Shown piece by piece: positions 1-12,489 of a stretch of DNA of 64,000 nucleotides; the stretch's first letter is position 1, and the number at the start of each line of letters is the position of its first letter. The DNA is from Camelus dromedarius (taxonomy: Eukaryota). The notes under the pieces were generated by a model. The model saw only the letters and a list, made by a program, of their open reading frames with translations. It searched no databases and was not told the origin of the DNA. The stretch lies in assembly GCF_036321535.1 (NCBI RefSeq), contig NC_087437.1:118732001-118796000 (forward strand). The letters are read 5' to 3'. The translations under genes were made by a program, and so were the position numbers.

Positions 1-110
1 GTGACAGGCCCATCCTGTGACCACCCCCACCCCGTGACAGCCCCCATCCTGTGACAGCACCCCTACCCTGTGACAGCCCCCCCATGACAACCTCCCTCCT
101 GTGACAGTCC
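1..110. repeat. Degenerate minisatellite, about 16-19 bp unit (gtgacagcccccatcct)
   Basis: About 6 imperfect copies of tgtgacagc+C-run; truncated by window start. Confidence 0.75.
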
Positions 111-2289
111 TGAGGCCCCTGCAGCTCTCAGTGTGTTTGTCCCCCTGGTGTGCAAGATCTGACTTGTCCATGTCCTGTCCACGTCCCTGCAAGGGCGCTG
201 AGAGGGCCACCGAGAGCCCTGGATCCTCTGTTCTCCCATGGCCGCCTGCAGCTGCCGGCCTGTGAAGCCTCAGCCACCGATCATAAAGCTAAGAACTTAC
301 TGAAAACCTCTTCCTCTGTTGTGGCCTTGGCTATGTTTTGTTTCTTTCCCGAGGTTTATGTTTTCCACCTAAATTTTCATTTTGTTCGGTAAACCAAGTG
401 GCGGCCTCCGCAGCACCCCCGTTTCAGAGAGGGCAGGGCCAGGTTATGGGGTGGGGTTTAGGTTCACCGTGTGTTATTTTAACAGGTGTGTCTAGCGTTC
501 CTGAATCCAGCCATGGAGTCAGTCTCCATCCGCCCATTCTACAGATTGCAGCCAAAGAACAACCCCAGCAGTGGGACGGCATCCTGACTTGTCATCACCA
601 GGTGGGGTTCCCTCTGCCCCACTCCCTGCCCTCAGCCCTGCAGTAGGGACATCTGGCCCCACCTAGAACTCAGGGCTCAGCCCCTGAAGCCAGTCGATCC
701 TCCTGGAGGTGGGGGTGTCCCACCAGCTTCGCTCACCGGGTCCTCTCCTGACTGATCAGCCCCTTTGGCCTTGTCTGCAGGAGCAGGAGTCGGGGTGTTA
801 CCCCAACCCCTTTCTGGGTTTTGGACCACCTGGCAGAGGTGGCCGGAGAGTTTCGGCGACGTCACAGAGAAGGAGGCAGGATGGAGACAGGACATCAGGG
901 GTGCTGGGGGCTGCAGGAGGTAGCTGAGCAGGCAGGTGCAGGATTCTCAGGGCGGTGGACTGCTCTGTACGGGACTGCAACGGAGGACACAGGTCATTAC
1001 ACGTTTGTGCAGCACCGAGAGTGACCCTGATGTGCACTGTGGGCTCCGGGTGACGATGACATGTCCATGCAGGTTCACAGATTGGGACAAATGCACCCTC
1101 TGGTTGTCAACAGCGAGGAAGGCTGTGCATGTGTTGGGGGAGAGGGTCTGGGGCAATCTCTGTACCTTCCTCTCACTTTTGCTGTCAACCTTAAACTGCC
1201 CTCAACGATAGCCTATTACAAACAAAGAGAAGGAGCGACCAACGAGACTGAGCCTCGGGTAGGCTAATTGCCCACACGCTGAGCGGACGTGAGCCTACGC
1301 CTGCCCCCTAGGGTGGGGCCTGGCAGGGGGCGCCAGCCCCCCACCCCCACCCTGCAGCAGGGGGCCTGGAAGGGGCTGCCCTCCCACAGAGAGGGCTGCC
1401 CCGGAGCCTCTGCCCTGGGGAAGCGGGCACTTCCGGGCCTCTCTCAGCAATCCTGTCACCCAGACGCCCGGACTGCCGACACCTCAAAACCGGGAACAGA
1501 GCTTGCTCCTGCCTGAGGAAAGGGTGTCACCCGCTGAGACCCTGCACCGCTCAGTGGCCCTTTGTCTCCCTCCAGCCCAGACAATGGCACTGCCCACCCC
1601 AGGCCTGTCCCCCGTCCACAGGTACTAGGCACAAGGGTTGATGTCCTCTGAGCACCTTCCCCGGGATGGGTCCCCTTGTCACCCTCGCTGGAGCACGTGG
1701 GGCCCAGAGAGTGAAGGGTCCGGGGTTTCCATCCTGAAGCGGCCTCTGCAGCGACACACCCACTTAGAGCTCTTGTCCACAGACTCCATGTTCCCTCCAA
1801 CTCGTGAATCCAACAGCCGGGGAGGCGCTCACATAGTCTCCTCTAGAGGACTGGGGGGCAGGCGCAGGACGAGAGGTCCGAGGGTGGGTGCCTTTCGGGT
1901 CCGGACGGCCGGGTGCTGCACGAACGCGCGGGCCAGCCCTTCTGCAGAGGGTCCTGAGGCCGGCGGGACGGGCGACTGCGGCGGGCGGTCTTCATCAGCC
2001 GCCTGCCAGGCTCCCCGTGGAGCTGAGCAAACCGCAGCTCGAGACCCGGCCCAGCACTGTGACGCTGCCCGGGCAGGGTGTTCCCTCCGGGCCCGTCAGC
2101 ACCGGCAGCGCGAGGACCCACCCCTCCTGCGGCGCGTGCCAGAACAGATGCCATTCTCACAGGGAACGGAGGATCCTCCAGCGGCCTTTGCTGCCTCCAG
2201 GGAAGCAAGTGTCACTCTGCAAGGCTTCTCCAGGGCCTTCACTTGTCCCTTTCCTGGAGCATTAGATGCACCTGTCCTGATGCAGATGC

Positions 2290-2836
2290 TGATACAGGAA
2301 AAATGGGCCACGAGAGGACAGTCATGTCCCCAGGTCTCAGTCGAGTCCCTGGGAGGGACCCCAACAAGTGAGGGTCCTTGGCTTCGCACAGGAAAGAATT
2401 CAAGAGTGAGCCACAGGTTTATTCAGAGAGAGGCACACTCCATGGACAGAGTGGGCCGTCTCTGCAGGTGGGGACAAGGGGTGGAGGCCCCAGAGCACGG
2501 GGTCATCTAGAAAAGTGAGGGCGGCCATGAGGTGCGGGGCTGTCAGTTTTTATGGGCTTGGTAACTTCATGTGCTAACAAGTGGGAGGGTTATTCTAACG
2601 GCTTTGGGGACGGGGTGGGGAGTCCCAGGAACTGGGCCACCACCCACTTTTTGACCTTTTATGGCAGCCTGGGACCCGTCATGGTGCCTGTGGGCGAGCC
2701 ATTGAGCTGCTGGTGTATAACAACGCGCGTACAGTGAAGCTCACGGTCACTGCAGGCACATCTCCCGCCATCCCGGTGCTAATCAACGTGTCATTCTTTT
2801 AATGGATGTGTCCTGTCTCCTTCCCTCCTGTCTACA
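2290..2836 (-). mobile_element. MER41-like ERV1 solo LTR
   Basis: Colinear reverse complement of 40206-40856 (shared ctcttgaattct.tcctg.g.gaagc.aaggaccc, cccacttgttagca, gcccataaaaact); resembles MER41 as recalled. Confidence 0.75.
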
Positions 2837-3211
2837 AGCCACAAGTGGTCAGACAGAAAACTGTCACACTGGGAAGTTGGGTGCCCAGTTCCTCCCTCCG
2901 TTCTCTGCTCAGGGGCCCTGGGTGATGCAGGCATGAGATCCTACAGGACAGACCCTGAACCTGGGGTTTGAAAAACATTTTTTTAAGCATCTAAGGTCTT
3001 TCTTAGAAAGAAAACTTGCCCACAAGTGAAATGAATGAGCAAAGATGTGCTCAGGATTTTATTTTCTTAATTATAATATTAATTTCTGTTTTGGAGAGGA
3101 TGGTGGGAGTGAACCCGAGATGGACACCGGCTTCCTCCCTCCTGTACTCTCCCCGCCACCCTGAGGGCTCTTTGGGGTGCCCCACAGCTGTGCTCTGGTG
3201 ATGGGAATGCC

Positions 3212-3305
3212 CAGTGCACCCCTGCCTCACAGTGCAGAGGGACCCGGGACCCCCCGGGGAGCGCACCTCAGTCACAGTGCAGGGGGACCCGGGACCCCGA
3301 GGGAG
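3212..3305. repeat. Short tandem duplication (about 45 bp x2)
   Basis: cacagtgcag(a/g)gggacccgggacccc..gggagc.cacct repeated twice. Confidence 0.7.
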
Positions 3306-3785
3306 CACACCTGTGGCTTTGCAGATCAGGTTACTGAGGACCTGAAAGTCCTGCAGGCTCAGGGCTGAGTTCCCAGCAAGAGCTCTCCGAGAACATGGGA
3401 CCATCCTGAGCCGAAGGGTGTGCAGTGCCCGAGTGGGTTCCTGCAGGATGCTCTGGACTTCCCTTCTTAGGGTACTCAGGCCTGAATATGGGGAGAGGGT
3501 GACAACAGAGCAGCACAGAACACCTCTATCATCTCAGAAAGTCCCGCTGCACAGCGCTGCCCTAAGTGACCGGATCTCCACGTGTGGACCCACCCCAACC
3601 TCCCCTGAGAAGGTGTTAGCAATGCAGAGTCTCTGGCCTCGGATTCTCGGGGTGGGCCTAGCCCCCCAGTGTGTTCACAAGCCCATCAGAAGACCTGGAT
3701 GCAGCTGGAGTCTGAGGACAACTGTGTGAGTTCCCAGGAAGCATGTTGATCCTTCAGCTGCGTTTCTGGGGCAGGCTGTCAGCTT

Positions 3786-4926
3786 TGTTACCCAAGTTAG
3801 GAGGCCCACCACAGTGTGGGTCCCTGCCTGCCAGCTGGGAAGAATTCACAGCTAAGGCAGAGCGACAGAGCAAAACTGCTTTTACTTCTCAAAAGAGGAA
3901 AAAGAAGGAAAGTGTTCAAGCAGGGAGAAGAAAAGAAAAGTGCTCCTGCGAGGAAAAGGCGTTCAGGCGGGACCTGTCAGCCCAGACGGGCAGCAGGGGC
4001 AGCCCCAGCCCGGCTCGGCCCGCGTGGACTTCTGTGAACAGCTTCCACTACCACGTCCTCCTTCCAGGTGTGAGGAGCCGATCAGTCCTTGGACGGGCTT
4101 TTCAGTCTTTGGGTTTTTCCAGTTGTTGCCATGGCAGTTGTCAACTGTCATGGTGCTGGTGGGTGTGTCACTCTAAGGCGGGAAGCCCCATAAAAAACTG
4201 GCAGGGCCCCCAAGCAGGGCCACTACTCTCCTGCCGGCACCATCCGGTTCCCTGGCCTAGAGGCTCTACCTCACTTTTTGCCTCTGAAACGGCTTACTTA
4301 CCCCTAAAATTCTATTGTTCCCTGAACTCCCTTCTGATTGGTTATTTCCCTCACTCGTGATTGGTTATTACTCTCACTTCTGATTGGTCCACTTCCCTAA
4401 CTTCTGATTGGTCCATTTGTAGTACTTCATTTGCAAGGAGCTCACTCCTGATTGGTTATTTCTCTCACTCCTGATTGCTCTATTTCTACAAAGCTTGTTC
4501 CTGGTTAGTCAACTTCTGTTATACTTTATTTGCATATGATGTTGCAAAGTGTAAAACTGGCAGCCTATAAAGGACTGTGTAGACCTACAGATGGGGTCCA
4601 GAGCTTGGAGTGTTAACTCTTCTGGGCCTGCTGGCGTAATAAACCTGAGTTCTCCAACTCTCCGAGTGCTGCTTGGTCTCTCACCCCGATCCAGGCTGTC
4701 ACAACTGAGCTGTAACACATTTTTCCGCAACATCTCAGCACCTAATAACTTTATAATGAGCACATAACTAGGCTCAAGTTCCCCTGGAAGGGACATCCGC
4801 CCGCATCTTGGACTTTGTTCATCCTAACCAGCTATTGCTTCTTCTCTGCAGCTGCCTCTGGAGAATTAGATAAGAGGAGTTGGTTTTTAGTTGAGGGAGG
4901 GTCAGGGGTAGGATCCTGGGACAACA
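3786..4926 (-). mobile_element. MER41-related ERV1 LTR, interrupted by a nested LTR (4172-4732)
   Basis: tgtta...acaaca termini with gctt/gcct flanks; gttgccatggcagttgtcaactgtcatggtgctggtgggtgtgt (4125-4168) matches the MER41 core as recalled; homology resumes after 4732. Confidence 0.65.
4172..4732 (+). mobile_element. ERV solo LTR with tandem inverted CCAAT array, octamer, TATA and polyA signal
   Basis: Five ATTGG boxes 4337-4455, ATTTGCAT 4528-4535, TATAAA 4566-4571, AATAAA 4638-4643, ends gcaaca. Confidence 0.75.
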
Positions 4927-5245
4927 GCCTTGGTAACAAAAAAGAAAGTTGTTTTTAACCAGAATGCCTACAATCTGGTGGACCCATAATCCCCCCCCCC
5001 AAACCATCTTCAGAGATTCTGTTCAGCCATGGAAGTTTTAAAGGGAAATGGGGCAGTGATACCAGTTAATCCTTGAGACAGATGGTCAGAGTGGTTGCCA
5101 TACCCGGTGCCCGCAAGCTTGTCCTCATCCACTGCAGGAGCTGCCCTTCTGTGACTGGGAGCCTGGGAGGCCAGCTTCTCTGTAAACAAGAGGCTGGGTG
5201 GTCGGGGAGGGACTGGTGGCCGGGGTCAGCCACAGAGTCCTACTC

Positions 5246-5264
5246 ACTTTCAGTTTCCTTTCCC
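5246..5264 (+). promoter_or_regulatory. MX2: ISRE/IRF element of the MX2 promoter (three TTTC half-sites)
   Basis: ACTTTCAGTTTCCTTTCCC; reverse strand contains GAAACTGAAAGT; about 40 bp upstream of a TATA box. Confidence 0.85.
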
Positions 5265-5303
5265 TCCCTGCTGAAAAGGGGGGGCATCGTGGGGAGAGTG
5301 GTT

Positions 5304-5313
5304 TATATAAAAG
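5304..5313 (+). promoter_or_regulatory. MX2: TATA box of MX2 promoter
   Basis: TATATAAAAG downstream of the ISRE and about 55 nt before a strong splice donor. Confidence 0.8.
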
Positions 5314-5334
5314 GGAAGCAGAGGAAGGGAGAGA

Positions 5335-5366
5335 CGAGGTGCCGGCTCCCTTCTGAAGGCGCACAG
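5335..5366 (+). other. MX2: MX2 non-coding exon 1 (start approximate)
   Basis: Begins about 25-30 nt after TATA; ends at donor CAG|GTAAGA (intron starts 5367); no ATG; next acceptor TGTGTTTGCAG| ends at 13641. Confidence 0.7.
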
Positions 5367-5905
5367 GTAAGAGCTGGGGCCCTGCAGGGAGGGCTGCTTA
5401 ATGATACCTTATGCAGCAGACCTGCCTTTCTGTTAAGAGCCATTCCTGGTGAACTCGGCTCATGCCGGGAGGCTGGAGACACACAGAGAAGTGTCTGAAG
5501 ATGCTTGTGCTGGCGCTGGCCCCAGAAGGCACTGCAGGCTGAGGGCACTTTCTAGAAAGGAAGTGGACGGACTGGGAGCACCAGGGGGCGCCTTCCACAT
5601 CTAGACAAAGACCTTTCCACTGCAAAGTGGCTTCGGGGGCTTCCATGGAAGGTGCACATCTTGGGGGGGGGGGCAGGGAAAGGAGCTCTGTGCTCTGTGA
5701 CACTGTGATTTACAGTAAGAAATATATTAACTATGGTCACTGCGCTGTTACATTCCTGCACTTAATAATTAGTTATTGAGCTGCTGAGAGCACAGACCTT
5801 AAAAGTCCTCATCACAAGACAAAAATGTAAGTATGAGGACACGAGTTAACTTACTGTGCTGATTACTTCACAATGTAGACAAATGTAGGGAAAAGAAATG
5901 CGTTA

Positions 5906-6640
5906 TCCAGTCTGTCAGTTTCGGACACAGAGCTCCTAAGAGCCTTGGAAACTGTAAGTGAGGAGAGCACATCTCCTGTGACCTTAATGAGGGGACGCCA
6001 GGCTGTGTGCTGTGCTTCTGCGACAGGGCTGGTTGCCTGGAGAAGCAATCACGTGACGGGGGCCGGCACTTTCAGTCCCACCCCCGACCTCCAGAGAGGG
6101 GAGGGGAGCAGGAGACTGAGTTCAGTCACTGCTGGCCAGTGATTTAACCCACCACGTCTGTGTAATGAAGCCTCCTTAAAACCCCAAAAGACCGGGCTTG
6201 GGGAGCTTCTGGTGAGACTGGAGATTCAGGGAGGTGGCTTTTGCAGAGGGCGTGGAAGCTCCGCGCCCCTCCCACACCTGCCCTCTGCGGCTTCCATCGG
6301 GCTCTTCCTGACTTACATCCTTTTATGATAAGCCCACAGTCTAGTGAGTAAAGTGTTTCTCTATGAGCCGCTCTAGCAATTTATTGAACACAAGGAGGGG
6401 GTCGCTGGAACCTCTGATGGATCTGTAGCCAGTGGCTCAGAAGCACAGGTGACAACCTGGACGTGCTGGAGATTTAGCATGTGAAGTGGGCAGGTTGGGA
6501 GGGGAGCAGGCAAGCAGGGCTGAGCCCCATCAGGGGGCCCTGTGGCCTCTGACGCCACCTCCTGCTAGACGGTATCAGAGCTGAGCTCACCGCTTGGTGA
6601 TGTGGGAAAATCACCCCGGAATCTGTGTCAGCACTGGAGA
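5906..6640. mobile_element. MER21-like LTR in MX2 intron 1
   Basis: Homologous to 53545-54300 (gctcctaag..cct.gaa, ctccagaga ggggagggg, aagga.ggggtc..gg.a.ctctgat); boundaries approximate. Confidence 0.6.
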
Positions 6641-7821
6641 CTGCAAGGCTCGGTCTCGGGGCTTCAGGAGCCCTCTCGCTTGTGGCACTGGTGGCCCCCC
6701 TGAGGCGTGCTGGACTCCGGCTCCCCGAGGGGACAGGGCGGCTGGTTTCCAGCGTTTGCCAATCCCTGCTGTCACGGGCATTGGTATACAACTGTGCCTT
6801 CAGAGTTTTACTCGGAGACAGATACTGATGCCAAGGCTTCCCAGCACAGAAAGGCACTCAGGGACACAGATTAGGTATGAACCATGATGTGTCAGGGTCC
6901 AGGGCTTTCCGGCAAAGCACCCCAGGCCAGAGGGCTCAGTCATCCGAAATGTTCTCTCTCCCAGGTCTGGGGGCTGGAAGTCTGAGATGAAGGCAGGGTT
7001 GGTTCCTCCTGAGACCCTGCGTAGAATCTGTCTCTGCCTCTTCCAGCTTTTGGTCATTGCCGGCCATCCTTGGCACTATTTGGGGAAAATACCTCAGGAT
7101 GCGGAAGTCATGCCGCTAGCAGGAAGAAATACTCCAGGCCACGCGGTCAGCTGTGACCCATGACCCATTCTGGCAGATTTTGCAAGGAAATCAGACTTCT
7201 GTGTATCTCCCCTGACATTCACACAGAACCAGGGGCTGAGCCAAGGCAGAGGGAAGGTTTAGACTTGGATCTAAGAGTAATGACATATTTCTTTCTCTTT
7301 CCTGGACACTGTATGGAATCTCAGTGAACCAGACTTTTATTGTGCTTTTAGGAGAAATTAATTTCCTATTTAGCATGGAGGGAGAGGAAACATCTCCACA
7401 GGTCTGAGTGGGAGATCACACAGATTCCGCACGAGATGCCAGGTCAGAGGAGAAGTTTTAAATGACTTGCAGGACTCCCCCAGATGCGGGCATGTGCCTG
7501 CTCAGCCATGGGACGTCTCCGCAGAACCCGGGGCCAGCACGGGGCCAGGAGGCCAGGCCTGGGGGCCAGGAGCTGGTCGCAGGGCGTGGGATTCAAGCCC
7601 CTCAGCCCTGTGACCCTTCTGGGGCTTTACTGAAGCCTGTGGAAAGCCGGAAACACAAAAGCAAAAACAGCCCATGGGAAGAGAGCCACGGGGGAGGGGC
7701 TGGTTTCCAAGACTGCATTTCTGAGCTCCACCCATCACTGATGGGAGAACTTTGCCTTGAGATTTCAAAATCTGACCAGCCGTCCTGTTTCCTCTTTATC
7801 AAACTAACACATTATTCACTG

Positions 7822-8260
7822 TGTTACCAAACTCAGGCTCCTCTGCTCACCACTCAAAAGCCAATAATCAAGAGGCAGGTGTCAGTAGAGAGGAAAGGTG
7901 CTTTCATCAGAAAGGCTGGCAATAACTCAGGCCCAGAAGCCATCTCCGAAGATTCTGCTCAGCCAGGACGGTTTTTAGAGGGAAAACGGGGGCGGGGGGG
8001 GGATCTCAGTGAAGCGTGGAGGCAGGAGGCTGGGGTCCGCATCTTCTCCACGGTGTGCGGACTGGCTGCCCCGCTCTCCAGGTGCTACCCGGCCCGCGGT
8101 CTGCCCACAGGACTGCGAAGGGGCTGCGGGGGGTAGAGAGCTAGTGGTTCTTTAACTGCTCCCTTCTCCACCCTTACTTGGTTTCACGTAGGAATAAACC
8201 CCCAGGCGAGGCAAGACGCCGCGTGCAGTCAGGAGCGCGCAGGTCCTGTGCCGGTTTCCA
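7822..8260 (-). mobile_element. ERV1-type LTR (family also at 36800-37280 and 4927-5130)
   Basis: Shared accaaactcagg, aggaaaggtgc, gaagattctgctcagcca, tagagagct...ttctttaact; orientation inferred. Confidence 0.65.
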
Positions 8261-11200
8261 TGTTGCCCAGCGACCTCCTTCCTCTAATTAGGCCCTTTCA
8301 GGGTGAGAGGGGGCAGAAAGGGACAAACAGGAAGGGGCTGCTTGCAGACCCCGCCTTCAACATCCTCCCTCCTCTATGGAGTTAGGAGAGAAGGCGAGTC
8401 TCTGTGACCTCTTCATGCCGACAGAGGGCGCCCTGTCCTCAGGCGGAAGACAATGAAATGGGTCTGAGCACCTTTCTGCCGACAGCGCGCTTGCCCACGT
8501 GCGTGTGCAGGGAGAGCCAGCTACCGCTACTCTGAGGCCCACAAAGGTGCAGATTCTCATGAGCCATAGTGTTGATCCCGCGCTCGGAGAGCCAGGCCTT
8601 GGAGCTGTGCTGGCCATCGGGTCGGCCGGCTCGAGGTGGGGGGCTTGCGTGGCGGCTGCCGCCTGGGCCCCACGCAGGGAGCTTGGGCCCCGCCGGCAAT
8701 CGTGGTGTCTGTGCGACGTCTCGGGAACGTGCGTCAGACCCTGAGCCTGTGAGTCTGCTGTCCTCGTCATTAATTGCTCCAGCCTGCTCTTTTACGACGC
8801 TGCGAATCTGGAAGGCTCCAGCTTTTCTGCAGACGAGAGGCAGGGGACACGGAGGGCCTTTGCACTTGGGGGGCCCTGCGGGGCTCTGCTCGGTCCCAGC
8901 TGGGTCCTCAGACTTCTAGCCGCGGGACGGCATCTCCGTTGCTCAACTCGAAGTTCCCTTCCCATGGTACATGGAAGCAGGGACAATGCCCACGAGATCA
9001 GAGAGCACACAGTGCTCCACGGGGCCCAGGCAGAGCACCTAGGAGAGGTGGGCGTGTCCGCCGAGCCCTGGCGTCCCTCCTGTACATCCCCCTGGCCTCT
9101 TTCCCCGCCCTGTCTGTCCCAGCCTGCCTGTCCCAGGCTGTCCATCCACCTGTCCCCACTCCCATTCCCACTCCCGTCCCCGCTCCCTCCTCAGCCTGGG
9201 TCTGGCTCTTAGCTCACACCCATCCTCCTGCTACGTCACAGTCTCCCCGCTTCCCCTTTGCTCTCATGGCAGGTGTCCCCGCATGTCCTCCATCCCGGCT
9301 GCCCTGAGGGTCCCGGTACTTCGTTCATGGTGCTCCGGCCAAAAGACACACCAAAGAGTTCTGTGATTAATGAGTTACGTCCAAAGAACTCAAAAACAGC
9401 AGGTTGCGTGGCGGCCAACCGACATCTCTGTGCATCCTGGGAAATTCGGACGACCCCACAGTGCACCTGCGAGGTTGCTGAGGTTCCCCAGGGCACCCAG
9501 TTTGAGAACTTAGCTTTATAGTCTCGGCTAATTCCCTTTTTCCACCTGTGGGTCACTCAGGGGCTTATCTGTGATGTGAGGAATCTCAGCACAATGTTGG
9601 GGTCTCTTCAGCAGAGGGGGCACTGTCCCTGTGGGCCCGCGGCACGGCTGTCCCTGTGGGGTGACGTCGCTCCCCTGGCTACTCTAGGGTGGACTGGACA
9701 GTGGACAGAAACAAGCGGAGGGTCCAGTTTGGGGGGAGGCGGGAGCTGAGCTCAGGCTGCGCTGCCGAGACTGTGATGTGTGCGTGGGGCCCTGGCAGGC
9801 GGACAGCTCTGGGTTCTGTGCCTGGTCGTCGGGTCCAGCCGTGCCCCCAGCTCTGCCCTGTGTCTCTCCCCTCTGGCTGTGGCTGACTACAGCCTTGCAC
9901 AGTAAACCGTCCTTTGCCGGGACAGAGGTCAGCACAGGTCCGTCCAGAGACACTTCCTTGTAAGTGACGGAGGTTGCTGCCTGAGGCCCAGGGATGAGGC
10001 AGAATGATTCTCTCCTCCCCCTTTGCTGTCCCTCCGTCCAGCAGCAGCAGGGAGCCCTCCTCCCGTCTCCTCCTCCCACTTCCTGTGTGGTCCTCTCTGC
10101 CGGGTCGCCCTTTGCCCACCCGGGCTGCTTCCTCCTCTGGGCTGCTGGCTCAGCCTCTTGTACGTGGACTGCAGCCCGTTGCCCCTGCTCGGATCTAGGT
10201 GGGGAGTGGGGCAGTCAGGGCCCCTCTCAGATGTAGAAGCTTTGGGTGAGAGGGAAGGAAGGAAAGAAACCCCCTCTCCATGAGCGACCTCAGAGACACT
10301 CGTGGGGGACCAGCCATCTCTCTCCGGCCCGTGTGTGTCCTCCCTGGCAAGTGGTGTCTTCTCCTGCAGCCTCTATCTTTACCATATCAAGGACAGTTCT
10401 GGGTTCCTCACTTGCTGCGATCCAGCTGCCCCAGCCTGCCGCTCGGCAGCCCCGGTGTGGATGTTCGTCCACACGGCACCCCCCACAGGCCTCTCTGTGG
10501 AACCCCCACCTCTTCAGCTGCGACCTCTCCCCATACGTCCCTGCCCCACCCACCGGACCCTCCAGCTCCCACCCCGTCCCCCGGAAAAGGCCGAGCACTA
10601 CAGATGTCCCAAGACAGCTCCTGCACGCCCTGCTCTAAGCTGTTGTAAACAGTGCCACAGTCAAACCATAAAACCAGAATAAACTTTGCTGAGGCTCCGG
10701 GCATGAGTGTCAAGGAGCAGAGCGATGCCAGAGGCAGCTGTGACCCCCTGCCTGCAGTCTGTCCTGGGCCTTCTCGCTGCCAAGGCCGAGGGTGCAAGGG
10801 ACGGACAGTCTCTTTCAGTCTTTAGCCAATGGGAGCGCCCGGTTCCCCAGGAGAGCAGCCTCCTCCAGCCTGGCCCTCTGCAGAGTTCTCTCCCCTGTGT
10901 TTACATTCAGGAGGTTAATAGAATCTGAATATAATTTCCTTATATTCAGGGGATGAAATAAATCACTAGACATGTTCTTGAATGCAATTTTATTCATTTA
11001 AAAAAAGTGGAGAATTTTTCTTTCATATTTCCTCATGACACTGGCTGAAGGGCTAGGTGTTTCATAAAATGAGTAATTTTACCCAGAAGTCTGGGGACGG
11101 AGGGAGATGGAGGTACTGGCTCAGGATGTGAACACAGAGGTAAAGGCACTCCTTCCGCACAGCAGCCCTTGGCAGGGCTCCCCCGGCAGCAGGGCTGAAC

Positions 11201-11711
11201 TGGCACCGCCCCTTCACTTAGGGTCTCCGGGCCGTGGGGCTGACCACGTGGAAGAGGGCAGGTGGAAGGCCTCTCCTGCCTCCTTCCAGCCCAAACCCAA
11301 GCAACGCCAGGCATTGCCAGAGCTGCCCCTAAGAAGGGAGCTGCCCCTGGGCTAGGCCTTCCCAGCCCCTGGGGGAAGGGGGTGCTCCGCGCAGCTCCCT
11401 GAGCTCAGGACCTTTGCACTTGCATTTCCTCTGCCAGGAAGGCTCCTCCCCACGTCCTCAAGTATGTGCTCCTCTGCCACTCAGCTCCTGTTCACAGGCA
11501 CGCCTCAAACACGGGTTCAGGGGAAATAACACCGGACCCAGGAACCATGACCCACCCCCTTTCTTCCAGACCCTCCCTCAGCACCTGGGGTTAGATTATT
11601 TGTTTGGGGGTCTCCGGGACAGAATGTCTGGACCTGAAGCAGGGGCTTTATCTGGCTTGGTCACCAGCACACCCGCCTGGCAGGAGGAGCCTGCACATAC
11701 CAGGTCCTTGT

Positions 11712-12075
11712 TTGGGTTTGCTCAGGTTGCCCTAACAAAGCACCACCAGGGGGCAGCTTAGACAACAGAAATTTATCTTCTCACAGTCTGCGGGCCAGAG
11801 TCCAAGGCCAAGGTGCCAGCAGGCTAGGCTGCTCTGAGCTCTCTCTCCTCGGCGTGTAGACGGCCGTCTCCTCCCTGTGTCCTCACAGGTCTTTCCTTTG
11901 TGTCTTCACTCTTTTCATAAAGACGTCAGTCAGGTTGGCTTAGGGCCGACCCAAGCGACCTCGTTTTACCTTATTCACCTCTTTAAAGGCCAAATCTCCA
12001 ACACAGTCACACTGGAGGTCGCAGGGGTTCGGACTCCAGCATATGAACTCGGGGACACAATTCAGCCCTTAACAG
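11712..12075. mobile_element. MaLR (MLT1-type) LTR
   Basis: acaacagaaatttat...tcacagt...gtccaagg.caaggtgccagcagg...ggggacacaattcagccc hallmark sequence. Confidence 0.7.
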
Positions 12076-12489
12076 TCCTCCAGACATCTTTGTGGAATGA
12101 ATGAATGAATGAATGAATGAGCCACTCCCATTTTCCACAAAAGCCAGTGGCACACACAAAGTTGTGAACATGCTTGTCCAGTCTGAGGAAAGGCAGAATG
12201 CTGGGCGCAGCATTCAGAGAAGGGATTCTATCAAATATAGAAAAGGAGATTGGGACCACATCTTTTTAAGAACTTTGTCCTGAAAGAAAGGTCTCAGAGG
12301 TTTCTAGAAAGGGTTCAGTCATGCTGAGACCCAGGGTTTAGAAGGAAAAGAGGCCTACTAGGTGGAGAGAGGCCACGGTCGTGGGACGGGGACGGAGGGC
12401 TGAGGGGCCGCAGCTGGACATGGGCCGGAGTGGACCCCCCAGAGTGCAGCTACTGGGGAGGGGCCGCCTCCACACGCCAGTCCCCCAAC

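Noticed and set aside
1..2290. Possible FAM3B 3' exons (upstream neighbour in human)
   Set aside because: No FAM3B-like peptide seen in any frame.
1638..2510. 290-aa ORF on + strand
   Set aside because: Non-ATG start in GC-rich DNA, runs into an LTR, no recognisable domain.
4330..4480. CRISPR-like regularly spaced repeats
   Set aside because: Eukaryotic LTR tandem repeat with related, non-unique spacers and no cas genes.
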